From the NCBI GenBank assembly GCA_041662745.1, contig JBAZRV010000002.1:90001-122000 (forward strand): a DNA stretch of 32,000 nucleotides. Reading direction: 5' to 3'. A program made the translations under genes and the position numbers. Below the pieces are notes generated by a model. The model was not told the DNA's origin. It searched no databases and was given only the letters and a program-made list of their open reading frames with translations. Every line of letters begins with the position of its first letter. Positions within the stretch are counted from its first letter, which is position 1. Source of the DNA: Patescibacteria group bacterium (GTDB lineage Bacteria > Patescibacteriota > Patescibacteriia > 2-01-FULL-39-33). Shown here piece by piece: positions 23,172 to 31,431 of this stretch.

Positions 23172-23252
23172 ATGAACAAATTAATCGGTTTTATCGGCCA
23201 GGGTTGGATCGGCAAAAGTATAGACATATTTTTGCGCTCCGCCCCAGGATGA
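23172..23252 (+). pseudogene. remnant 5' end of the dehydrogenase-like gene created by the duplication (26-codon ORF)
   Basis: MNKLIGFIGQGWIGK is identical to the start of 23355..24206. It then reads into the duplicated antisense GT4 sequence and stops. Confidence 0.7.
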
Positions 23253-23279
23253 TTGAGTGATGATAAATAACGCTTTCAT
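23181..23279 (-). pseudogene. remnant 5' end of the GT4 gene created by the duplication (32-codon ORF)
   Basis: MKALFIITQSSWGGAQKYV is identical to the start of 21948..23096. It then diverges and stops. Confidence 0.7.
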
Positions 23280-23290
23280 AAGTCGTCGTC

Positions 23291-23347
23291 TTGATTTTTT
23301 TAGCTTATTTTTGATATAATATTAAGGTATTGATTGATAATTTACAA
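23291..23347. promoter_or_regulatory. interdigitated divergent promoter pair, copy B
   Basis: Same elements as copy A shifted by 183 nt. The substitutions fall in the spacers, not in the hexamers. Confidence 0.45.
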
Positions 23348-23354
23348 GACCACT

Positions 23355-24206
23355 ATGAACAAATTAATCGGTTTTATCGGCCAGGGTTGGATCGGCAAAA
23401 ATTATGCCGATGACTTTGAAGTTAGAGGTTATCAAGTGATTCGCTATTCTTTGGAAGAACCCTATCTCGCCAACAAGGAAAAAATCAGCGAGTGCGATAT
23501 CGTGTTTATTGCCGTGCCTACTCCTACCACTCAAGCGGGGTTTGATGATTCCATCGTCAGAAGCGCCGTAAAGCTGGTCGGCCAAGGCAAGCTTGCGGTA
23601 ATCAAATCTACGATTCTGCCCGGTACGACAGAGTCAATCCAAGCGGAAAACCCAGGCGTTTATTTGTTTCATTCGCCGGAGTTTCTGTCCGTTTCCACCG
23701 CTTATGACGATTCGCGCCATCCGCAAAGGAATATTGTCGGCCTGCCCATAGATAATGAGGAATATAAAACCAAAGCCCGAGAGGTGATGTCGGTGTTGCC
23801 CCAAGCTGATTTTTCTCTTATTACTTCCGCCAAAGAAGCGGAGTTGTTCAAATATTTACGGAATTGCTTTTTTTACACCAAAGTCGTCTATATGAATATG
23901 CTTTATGATCTGGCTAAGAAACTGGGTTGCCGGTGGGAAGTGTTAAGGGAAATCATGTCCAATGATCCCTGGATCGGCAACATGCATATTGATCCGGTGC
24001 ATAAAAGCGGCCGGGGCGCCGGCGGAGAATGCTTTATTAAGGATTTGGCCGCGCTTAGGCGTTTCCACAAGCAAAATCTGAACGATGAAACGACGGATTG
24101 GGTTTTTTCCGCCTTGGAGAAAAAGAATATTGAATTACTGCTAAAAAGCCAAAAAGATTTGGATTTGCTCAAAGGCGTTTACGGCGAAGATATATTTAAG
24201 AGATAG
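23355..24206 (+). CDS. nucleotide-sugar dehydrogenase-like protein (UDP-glucose/GDP-mannose dehydrogenase family, short form)
   Basis: The ATG at 23355 is preferred over the TTG at 23334. GFIGQGWIG Rossmann motif. CDIVFIAVPTP, KSTILPGTT and SPEFLSVSTAYDDSRHPQRNIVG resemble the family N-terminal and central motifs. At 283 aa it is shorter than canonical members. Confidence 0.6.
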   Translation: MNKLIGFIGQGWIGKNYADDFEVRGYQVIRYSLEEPYLANKEKISECDIVFIAVPTPTTQAGFDDSIVRSAVKLVGQGKLAVIKSTILPGTTESIQAENPGVYLFHSPEFLSVSTAYDDSRHPQRNIVGLPIDNEEYKTKAREVMSVLPQADFSLITSAKEAELFKYLRNCFFYTKVVYMNMLYDLAKKLGCRWEVLREIMSNDPWIGNMHIDPVHKSGRGAGGECFIKDLAALRRFHKQNLNDETTDWVFSALEKKNIELLLKSQKDLDLLKGVYGEDIFKR

Positions 24207-24209
24207 TTT

Positions 24210-24243
24210 GCTATGTAACCTGTTACGTAGCATGCTACGTAAC
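24210..24243. repeat. three GCTAyGTAAC half-sites (direct, inverted, direct) at 12-bp spacing, including a perfect 22-bp palindrome
   Basis: gctatgtaac (24210-24219), gttacgtagc (24222-24231), gctacgtaac (24234-24243). 24222-24243 equals its own reverse complement. The element sits in the 47-nt gap between two operon genes. Confidence 0.8.
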
Positions 24244-24253
24244 AATTTATCAC

Positions 24254-25441
24254 ATGCCTGCGGAAAACAAAAAAAGAATCTTGATTTTTTCTTTGGCTTA
24301 CCATCCGTTTGTGGGCGGAGCCGAAGTGGCTATCAAAGAAATTACCGAGCGATTGGGTGAAGATTTTGAATTTGACATGATCACGGCCAACTTGAGTGGC
24401 CATGAGCCGAAGGAGGTTGAGAATTTTAACGGCCTTAACAAAGTTTATCGCCTCGGTTCCGGGAAACTTGATAAATATCGTTTTCCTTGGCTGGCCTATC
24501 GGAAGGCCCTGGAATTGCAACGGCAGAACGATTATGACTTGATTTGGGCGATGATGGCTAATCAAGCGGGCTGGGCGGCTTGGAAATTCAAGCGCCGATT
24601 TCCGCAAATCCCTTATTTATTGACCCTGCAAGAAGGGGACAGCGAGCGGGATATTTGGCTTCGCACTTGGTTTATCCGGCCGCTTTATAAGGCGATTTAC
24701 CGCCGCGCCGATCGGATTCAGGCGATCAGTAATTTTTTGGCCCGGCGCGCCAAGCGTTTGGGCGCGAAGTGTCCGATTGAGGTAGTGCCGAATGGAGTAG
24801 ATCAGTTAAAAATTAATAATGAAGAATTAAGAAATAAAAGTAATAGCATAAAAAGGGTTATCTCAGTTTCAAGGTTGGTTAATAAAAATGGCTTAGAGGA
24901 TTTGATTAAAGCAATTGCGATAGTCAATAAAGACAATGATAAGCCGGTAATTTTAAAAATTATCGGAGAAGGAAGATTAAGAAACGAGTTAGAAAAACTG
25001 ATTAAAAAATTAAAAATAAATGACCGGCCTGTAGTAAAGGAATTAGACAAGGAGGAAATAGTTTTGGCGGGGCAAGTTTCTAATAAGCAGGTGTATCAAT
25101 ATTTATCTCAAGCCGATGTTTTTGTCCGTCCCTCATTGTCCGAAGGTTTGGGTAACGCTTTTCTGGAAGCGATGGCTGCGGGGGTGCCGGTAATCGGCAC
25201 GCCGGTCGGCGGGATTCCTGATTTCTTAAAAGGCGAGGAAGCGGGAGACGGGCAGACCGGTTGGTTCTGCGAAGTGAAAAATCCTGAAAGCATTGCGAAA
25301 AAGATTAGATTGATTTTTGATCCCCAAAATCAGGAATTAGTTAAAGTAGTAACAACTCGGGCTAAAAAGTTGGTGGAAGAAGAATACGATTGGGATGCAA
25401 TCACTAGTAAGATAGATAAAATTTTTACACAATTATTATAA
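24254..25441 (+). CDS. GT4-family glycosyltransferase (contains an internal AT-rich patch)
   Basis: 395 aa. LAYHPFVGGAEV N-terminal motif. C-terminal SEGLGNAFLEAMAAGVPVIGTPVGGIPDF. Confidence 0.9.
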   Translation: MPAENKKRILIFSLAYHPFVGGAEVAIKEITERLGEDFEFDMITANLSGHEPKEVENFNGLNKVYRLGSGKLDKYRFPWLAYRKALELQRQNDYDLIWAMMANQAGWAAWKFKRRFPQIPYLLTLQEGDSERDIWLRTWFIRPLYKAIYRRADRIQAISNFLARRAKRLGAKCPIEVVPNGVDQLKINNEELRNKSNSIKRVISVSRLVNKNGLEDLIKAIAIVNKDNDKPVILKIIGEGRLRNELEKLIKKLKINDRPVVKELDKEEIVLAGQVSNKQVYQYLSQADVFVRPSLSEGLGNAFLEAMAAGVPVIGTPVGGIPDFLKGEEAGDGQTGWFCEVKNPESIAKKIRLIFDPQNQELVKVVTTRAKKLVEEEYDWDAITSKIDKIFTQLL

Positions 25442-25452
25442 ACTCTAAATTT

Positions 25453-27156
25453 ATGGCCGAGACAAACAAAAACTTTTGGCAAAAAAATGAAAAAAAGATT
25501 TTGTGGCTGATTATAATTTTAGCGGTGATCTTAAGATTCTGGAATATTTCTACTTTTGATGTCATGGTTGACCACGCCCTTTATTCCGTTCGCGCGCTGG
25601 GTTGGTTTGATTATTTGGGCGGCGGCCAAACCGCCCCTGTTCAGTGGTTCGGCACGATCCCTGCTTGGGCGCTATTATCTTTCCATGACTGCCCACCCTT
25701 GGTTTTTTTCATCCAGAAAATATTTTTTTCTATTTTAGGTGATAATACTTTTGCCTCCAGATTACCCCATGCCTTAGCCGGAATTTTGAGCGTACTCTTG
25801 GTTTATCTGTCGGTAAAGAAAATCAAAAGCGTCCAAGCCGCTCTGTGGTCGGCCGTTGTTATGGCTGTTTCTTCTTATGCCGTCTGGGCTTCTTATGCTG
25901 GCTATCTGGAGGGAGTGGAAGTTTTGTTTATCGTGTTAAGCTTGTATTTTTTCATTTGTTATCTGGCCGATGGCAAAAATAAGAATCTTTATTGGTGGGC
26001 AGCAGCCGCCGGCTTGGCTTTCTTGTCTAAATACACTTCTGTTTTCTTGCTGCCCGTCGGCTTATTATGCTTACTTGGCCTTAATTATCGCGCGCTTAAG
26101 AATAGTTGGCAGAAAATTTTTTACTCCCTGTTGATTTTTTTGGGCGTAATCTCACCGGTGATTTTTTATAATATCATGGTTTTTAAATACCGCGGTCATT
26201 TTGACGCTTCATTGTCCGCCATGGTCGGCATGCACCCGCAAGATTATTCGGCGATTGCCGTTCGGGTGGTCAACGCTAATATTATTGGAAATTTTTCCAA
26301 TTTAATAAATTGCTTTCCCCTGGGCAGTTCTTGGCCCTTGGTCGCGATTTTTATTTTGGCCCTGACTTATCTTTTATTTAAGACCATTCGCGGTCGAAGC
26401 GGCAAGGCGGAAATTTTTATCTTAGCGAACGTCTTGGCCGCCGGATTAATGTTTTGCTTCGGCGAGCCGGCCTACCGGCAGGTTTCTATTTTTATACCGT
26501 TTTTAGTTATTGTGGCCGCCATTCTTTTTGCCGATCTTAGCGTTTACTTATCAGGCAAAAAATATCATTTAGGTGGTGTTTTTAAGTTATTGGCTTTAGC
26601 CGTACTAGTGGCGGAGTTCGGTTATTGCGTGAATACTAATATCTTGCTTAAGTCCTGGGGTAGCGCTCCCTGGTTTTCTTCTTCCCAGCGCTTAGCCAGT
26701 AATGGCTGGAATGAATTGGAAATATATTGGCGTGATAATTTATTGCCGCCGGTTATGGATCGGCAGAAAATCAGGCGGCTGGAGGAAATGCCGCTCAGTT
26801 CGCGGGATTTTTCCGGCAAGAATGTTATTTTTTATGATGATAATGTAAATTGGTTTTCTTCTATGTGGTATATCGAAAAATACCCGTTGTATTATCGCGT
26901 TCCGCTTTTGCCGCTGTCTTATTTATTGAATCAGCCCCAAGCCCTGGAGCAGTTTAGATCTTTTGGCGCTAAGGATTTTTATTATGTTTCCATTGTTAAT
27001 CCGCAAGCCACAGATCCCGTGGTCAGTAAAAATGAGTCTTTGATGAAAGCCATTGAGCAATTAAACGCCAAATTGGTTGAGGATAAAATCGGTTTTGTGG
27101 AAATTAAAAACGCCGAGGGCGAGGCGGCCTTCAGGATTTATAAATTAAATTATTAA
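25453..27156 (+). CDS. GT-C fold glycosyltransferase, PMT/ArnT-like (GT39/GT83-type) polytopic membrane protein
   Basis: 567 aa. About 10 or more TMs. First-loop acidic motif FDVMVDHALY, FHDCPPLVFF (HPPL-like), soluble C-terminal domain. Confidence 0.7.
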   Translation: MAETNKNFWQKNEKKILWLIIILAVILRFWNISTFDVMVDHALYSVRALGWFDYLGGGQTAPVQWFGTIPAWALLSFHDCPPLVFFIQKIFFSILGDNTFASRLPHALAGILSVLLVYLSVKKIKSVQAALWSAVVMAVSSYAVWASYAGYLEGVEVLFIVLSLYFFICYLADGKNKNLYWWAAAAGLAFLSKYTSVFLLPVGLLCLLGLNYRALKNSWQKIFYSLLIFLGVISPVIFYNIMVFKYRGHFDASLSAMVGMHPQDYSAIAVRVVNANIIGNFSNLINCFPLGSSWPLVAIFILALTYLLFKTIRGRSGKAEIFILANVLAAGLMFCFGEPAYRQVSIFIPFLVIVAAILFADLSVYLSGKKYHLGGVFKLLALAVLVAEFGYCVNTNILLKSWGSAPWFSSSQRLASNGWNELEIYWRDNLLPPVMDRQKIRRLEEMPLSSRDFSGKNVIFYDDNVNWFSSMWYIEKYPLYYRVPLLPLSYLLNQPQALEQFRSFGAKDFYYVSIVNPQATDPVVSKNESLMKAIEQLNAKLVEDKIGFVEIKNAEGEAAFRIYKLNY

Positions 27157-27174
27157 CGCTAATCGTTATTTGCT

Positions 27175-27897
27175 ATGAAAGATATTTTATTATTGCCCAC
27201 CTACAACGAGAGAGAGAATGTCAAAATGATTATTCCTGAAATTTTTTCCCTTATTCCCGAAATAGTAGTCATGGTTATCGATGATAATTCACCTGACGGC
27301 ACGGCGCAAGCGGTGCAAGAGTTGATGACGATTTATCCCCGGTTAAGAATTTTGAAACGAGAAAAAAAGACCGGACTGGGCAATGCCTATAAGGAGGCGA
27401 TGCGTTTGGTTATGGCTGAAGACGGTGTCCGCTCGGTTATCACTATGGATGCCGATGGTTCTCATCAGCCCAAGTATTTGGTTGATTTTTTGGCTAATAT
27501 TAATGATTATGATTTAATCATTGGTTCGCGCTATATCCGGGGTGGCGGCGTAGAGAACTGGGAATTTTGGCGCCGTTGTTTAAGCCGTTTCGGCAATATT
27601 TATTCCAAGATTCTTACCGGCCTGCCGATTAATGATTTCACCGCCGGTTTTATGTGTGTTAAGGTGGATTTTTTAAAGCAGTTAGATTTGGTTAGTGCCG
27701 GCGCCTCGGGTTATTCTTTTTTGATTGAATTGAAATTCAATTTGATCCATAACCTAAAAGCCAGAGTCAAGGAAGTGCCGATTATATTCAAAGTGAGAAG
27801 GGAAGGAGAATCCAAGCTGTCTAACTCAATTATCGGCGAGGGAATAATGACCCCGCTAAGAATTTGTTCCAGAAGAATATGGCAGAACAAAAAATAA
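27175..27897 (+). CDS. polyprenyl/dolichyl-phosphate mannose synthase-like GT2 (Ppm1/DPM1 family)
   Basis: 240 aa. LLPTYNERENV, VIDDNSPDGT and ITMDADGSHQP motifs, typical of DPM1-like GT2 enzymes. Confidence 0.85.
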   Translation: MKDILLLPTYNERENVKMIIPEIFSLIPEIVVMVIDDNSPDGTAQAVQELMTIYPRLRILKREKKTGLGNAYKEAMRLVMAEDGVRSVITMDADGSHQPKYLVDFLANINDYDLIIGSRYIRGGGVENWEFWRRCLSRFGNIYSKILTGLPINDFTAGFMCVKVDFLKQLDLVSAGASGYSFLIELKFNLIHNLKARVKEVPIIFKVRREGESKLSNSIIGEGIMTPLRICSRRIWQNKK

Positions 27898-30800
27898 TTT
27901 GCCCGATTTGCCGATCGGCTGACAATAAATTTTACGGCCAGAAAAATAATTTCAATCTGCGGTTATGCCGGGATTGCGATTTGCTTTTTGTTTGGCCGGT
28001 GCCGTTTGATTTAAAAGGAATTTATTCTCAAGATTATTTTGTTAACAGTCGGAATAACAGTGATTTCGGTTATACCAATTATGATCAGGATAAAGAATCA
28101 ATGCGCGAGGTATTTGTAAAAATCATCAGTCAGTTGGAAAAGCTTATCCCAGGTAGAAGAATTTTTGATGTCGGCGCGGCCACCGGTTATTTTTTGGACT
28201 TGACTAAGCAGCGGGGCTGGCAGACCGCGGGAACGGAAATATCTGACTACGCCGCTAAGGTCGCTAATGAACGCGGACATAGGGTTTTTTGCGGTGAGTT
28301 GGATCAGCTGCCAATTGAGGGTAAATTCGATGTGGTGACGATGTGGGACGTACTGGAGCATATTGGCGATCCCCTGGCCTATCTCAAGAAGGCTAATGAC
28401 CTATTGGTTGATGGCGGCTTAGTGGCCATCAATACTGTAGATCGGGGCAGCGCTTTGGCCAGGGTTCTTGGGTTGAATTGGCATTTGATTGTCCCGCCGG
28501 AGCATTTGAATTTTTATTCCCGCGAAAATTTAGAGATCGTTTTGCGACAAGCCGGGTTTGAAATCATTAGTATTTCCACTATCGGAAAGAAATTTTCTCT
28601 GGCGTATATTTTTAAGACGTTGTATTTCTGGCAGGGCTGGGGCTTATGGCGCAGTTTGTCAGTGTTTTTTGACAAACCGTTTTGGCGCCGCTGGTCTTTG
28701 CCGGTAAACTTGCGTGACAATATTTATATTTTGGCGAGAAAGAGAAGCAGTTCGATTGTCCGATTGCCAGGGGAAAACGCCGGTAAGCGAAAAAATTTAT
28801 TAATTTGTGCCGGCATTTATCCGCCGGATATCGGTGGCCCGGCAACTTATGTGAAGGGTTTAGAAAGGGGATTAGCCGAAGAATTTAATGTCAAAATCGT
28901 GACTTACGGCGACCAAGAAGGCCAAGAACCCTCTCACGTTTATAAGATATCTCGCCAACAGCAAGTTGTTTTTAGATATTTAAAATATTTTTGGCAGGTG
29001 GTTAAGTTATTGCCGCAAGCGGATGTTGTTTATATTCAGGGGCCGGTTTCCGAAGGCTTGCCGGCTGCTGTGGCTTGCGGTTTAAGGCGCAAGGCATACC
29101 TATTAAAAATCGTCGGTGATTTTGCTTGGGAGCAGGGCAGCCAGCGTTATGGCGTCAAGGAGAATCTTGATAATTTTCAGCACAATAAATACGGTTTCAA
29201 GATTGAATTATGGCGGCGGATTGAAAAATGGGTGGCGCAGAAAGCCAAGTTGGTTGTCGTTCCCAGTAATTATTTGAAAAAAGTCGTTACCGGTTGGGGC
29301 ATTAAAGCTGACAAAATAAATGTCATCTATAATGCGATTGAAAGAATTGATATTATTGAAAACCGAGAGCAGCTAAGAAATAAGTATGGCCTGGATGGTT
29401 TTGTTATGTTATCGGTCGGTCGCCTAGTCCCCTGGAAGGGCTTGGCCGCCCTGATTGAAGTAGTCAAAGAATTGTCTGCAGAAATTAATGATTTAAAATT
29501 AGTGATTATCGGTGACGGCCCGGAGCGTCAGAATTTGGAGAATTCAGTTAAGGCCAAAGGGTTGGAGAAAAACATTATTTTTACCGGGCAATTAAGCAGG
29601 TCTGAGGTGGCTGCTTACTTGAAGGCCGCAGATTTGTTTATTTTAAACACTTCCTATGAGGGGTTAAGCCATGTTTTAATTGAGGCTATTAAGGCCGATT
29701 TGCCGATAGTTACGACCGCTGTTGGCGGTAATCCTGAATTAATGGAGCAATATGGCCACGGCTTTATGGTGGCCTATAATAATAAGCCGGAGTTGATTCA
29801 AGCAATCAAACAAGCTAGAAAAATTAATCGTCCGATTGAGACGACTGGAGATTTTTTATTGCAGTTCGATTATGATTTTATGGTTAGTCAGACCGGTCGG
29901 TTATTGCGGGCTGAAGCGGTTAGAACCGATATTGCCATTACCGATCAAAGACGAGAGAAAATTTTAAACGACTGTGATCGGCAAACTATTGTTTTAGTTC
30001 AGATTAATTTTAGCCAAGACCATTCGGAAACAGTTTTGCCCCTAGGCATCTTATCGGTCGGCAGCCATTTGAAACGTTGCGGCTATAAAGTTGAACTGGT
30101 AAATATTACGGAAAAACAAATTACTGAGATAGCCGCGATTATCGCCGAGAAAAATCCGCTCTGTGTCGGCTTATCAGTTATGACCGGCGTGCAGACGCGC
30201 CAGAGCGCTGAATTATCCAAAAAAATAAAAACTTTAAATAAGGCCATACCAATTATTTGGGGCGGTATTCATCCGTCGCTTTTGCCAGAGCAGTGTCTGG
30301 GTGAGGATTACATTGATTTCGTAGTTATTTCTGAGGGAGAGATAACTACGACGGAATTAGTAGAAAAAATAATCAGAGGAGGGGATTTTCATGATGTTTT
30401 AGGCATCGGCTATAAGCAAGCCGGAAAAATTACCATCAATCCCAACCGCCCGTTTATTGCCAACCTTGATGATTTCCGCCTTGATTGGTCTTTATTGGAT
30501 TTGGAGCTTTATATTTCTCCGTTGAAAAATTTTAAGCGAGTTATTGCTTACAAGGCCTCGCGCGGTTGCCCGTTTAATTGCTCTTTTTGCTATAATAATG
30601 CCTTTAATCAGAATAAGTGGCGTGTTTGGTCGGTGGAGGCGGTAGCGGAGGACATTAATTGGCTGAAAGAGCATTATCAGATTGATGCCGTTAAATTTTA
30701 CGATGATAATTTTTTTGTTGATAAGAATCGCGCTTGGCAGATCTTAGAAAAAATAAATTTACCGACGCATTTGGAGGTGCGAATTGATACGATTGACGAC

Positions 30801-31415
30801 GACTTGGCTCAAAAACTCAAAGAGTTTAGGGTTTTTGACATGTTAATCGGCGTCGAGTCGGGCAGCGATCGCATTTTAAGTCTAATCGATAAAAGATTTA
30901 CCGTTGATCGTATTTTGGCCGGAGTAAAGCTTTTAGCCAAGTATAATTTACCGGCTACTTATTCGGCGATTGTCGGTTTGCCGACGGAAACCAAGGAAGA
31001 GTTTGACCGAACAGTTGACTTGTTTAATCAAATTAAAAAAATTCAGCCGTCCGCGGTTTTTTCCTTAGGCGCTTATTTGCCTTATCCGGGATCAAAAATG
31101 TATGATTTTGCCATTAAGCAGGGTTTTAAGCCGCCAACTAAAACAGAAGATTGGGGCAAGATTGATCGTTTTAGGAAAGATTTTAGTTCGCCTTGGGTGA
31201 ACGCGCAAAAAGTTTGGCGGATTAGGGAATACTTTAAACTCCTGAATTGGCGGCTTGGTCCAATTATCAAGTGGTTTAAATGGCGCATTGAGCATCGATT
31301 TTTTGCTTGGCCGATAGATATTTATTTAGTGGAATACTTTGGCGGTATAGCTATTGAACAGAGGGGGTTTTTAGGCAAGACACTAAGAAAAATTTATAAT
31401 TTATTAAGAAGATAA
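27879..31415 (+). CDS. tri-domain fusion: Zn-ribbon class I SAM methyltransferase + GT4 glycosyltransferase + B12-binding radical SAM enzyme
   Basis: The ATG at 27879 is preferred over the TTG at 27864. CPICRS-N17-CRDCD zinc ribbon. DVGAATG motif I. GT4 core IYPPDIGGPATY...EGLSHVLIEAIKADLPIVTTAVGGNPE. B12-binding-like VLPLGILSVGSHLKRCGYKVELV...VGLSVMTG...IIWGGIHPS. Radical SAM CPFNCSFC at nt 30567-30590. Confidence 0.8.
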   Translation: MAEQKIICPICRSADNKFYGQKNNFNLRLCRDCDLLFVWPVPFDLKGIYSQDYFVNSRNNSDFGYTNYDQDKESMREVFVKIISQLEKLIPGRRIFDVGAATGYFLDLTKQRGWQTAGTEISDYAAKVANERGHRVFCGELDQLPIEGKFDVVTMWDVLEHIGDPLAYLKKANDLLVDGGLVAINTVDRGSALARVLGLNWHLIVPPEHLNFYSRENLEIVLRQAGFEIISISTIGKKFSLAYIFKTLYFWQGWGLWRSLSVFFDKPFWRRWSLPVNLRDNIYILARKRSSSIVRLPGENAGKRKNLLICAGIYPPDIGGPATYVKGLERGLAEEFNVKIVTYGDQEGQEPSHVYKISRQQQVVFRYLKYFWQVVKLLPQADVVYIQGPVSEGLPAAVACGLRRKAYLLKIVGDFAWEQGSQRYGVKENLDNFQHNKYGFKIELWRRIEKWVAQKAKLVVVPSNYLKKVVTGWGIKADKINVIYNAIERIDIIENREQLRNKYGLDGFVMLSVGRLVPWKGLAALIEVVKELSAEINDLKLVIIGDGPERQNLENSVKAKGLEKNIIFTGQLSRSEVAAYLKAADLFILNTSYEGLSHVLIEAIKADLPIVTTAVGGNPELMEQYGHGFMVAYNNKPELIQAIKQARKINRPIETTGDFLLQFDYDFMVSQTGRLLRAEAVRTDIAITDQRREKILNDCDRQTIVLVQINFSQDHSETVLPLGILSVGSHLKRCGYKVELVNITEKQITEIAAIIAEKNPLCVGLSVMTGVQTRQSAELSKKIKTLNKAIPIIWGGIHPSLLPEQCLGEDYIDFVVISEGEITTTELVEKIIRGGDFHDVLGIGYKQAGKITINPNRPFIANLDDFRLDWSLLDLELYISPLKNFKRVIAYKASRGCPFNCSFCYNNAFNQNKWRVWSVEAVAEDINWLKEHYQIDAVKFYDDNFFVDKNRAWQILEKINLPTHLEVRIDTIDDDLAQKLKEFRVFDMLIGVESGSDRILSLIDKRFTVDRILAGVKLLAKYNLPATYSAIVGLPTETKEEFDRTVDLFNQIKKIQPSAVFSLGAYLPYPGSKMYDFAIKQGFKPPTKTEDWGKIDRFRKDFSSPWVNAQKVWRIREYFKLLNWRLGPIIKWFKWRIEHRFFAWPIDIYLVEYFGGIAIEQRGFLGKTLRKIYNLLRR

Positions 31416-31431
31416 CTGTTTATGAGGATTT

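Larger units (their letters stand above)
23029..23400. repeat. 183-bp tandem direct duplication (2 copies, 6 substitutions) bounded by GCAAAA microhomology
   Basis: Copy A is 23029-23211 and copy B is 23212-23394, with GCAAAA recurring at 23029, 23212 and 23395. Hand alignment at offset 183 gives mismatches only at 23039, 23101, 23128, 23149, 23169 and 23171. Confidence 0.95.
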
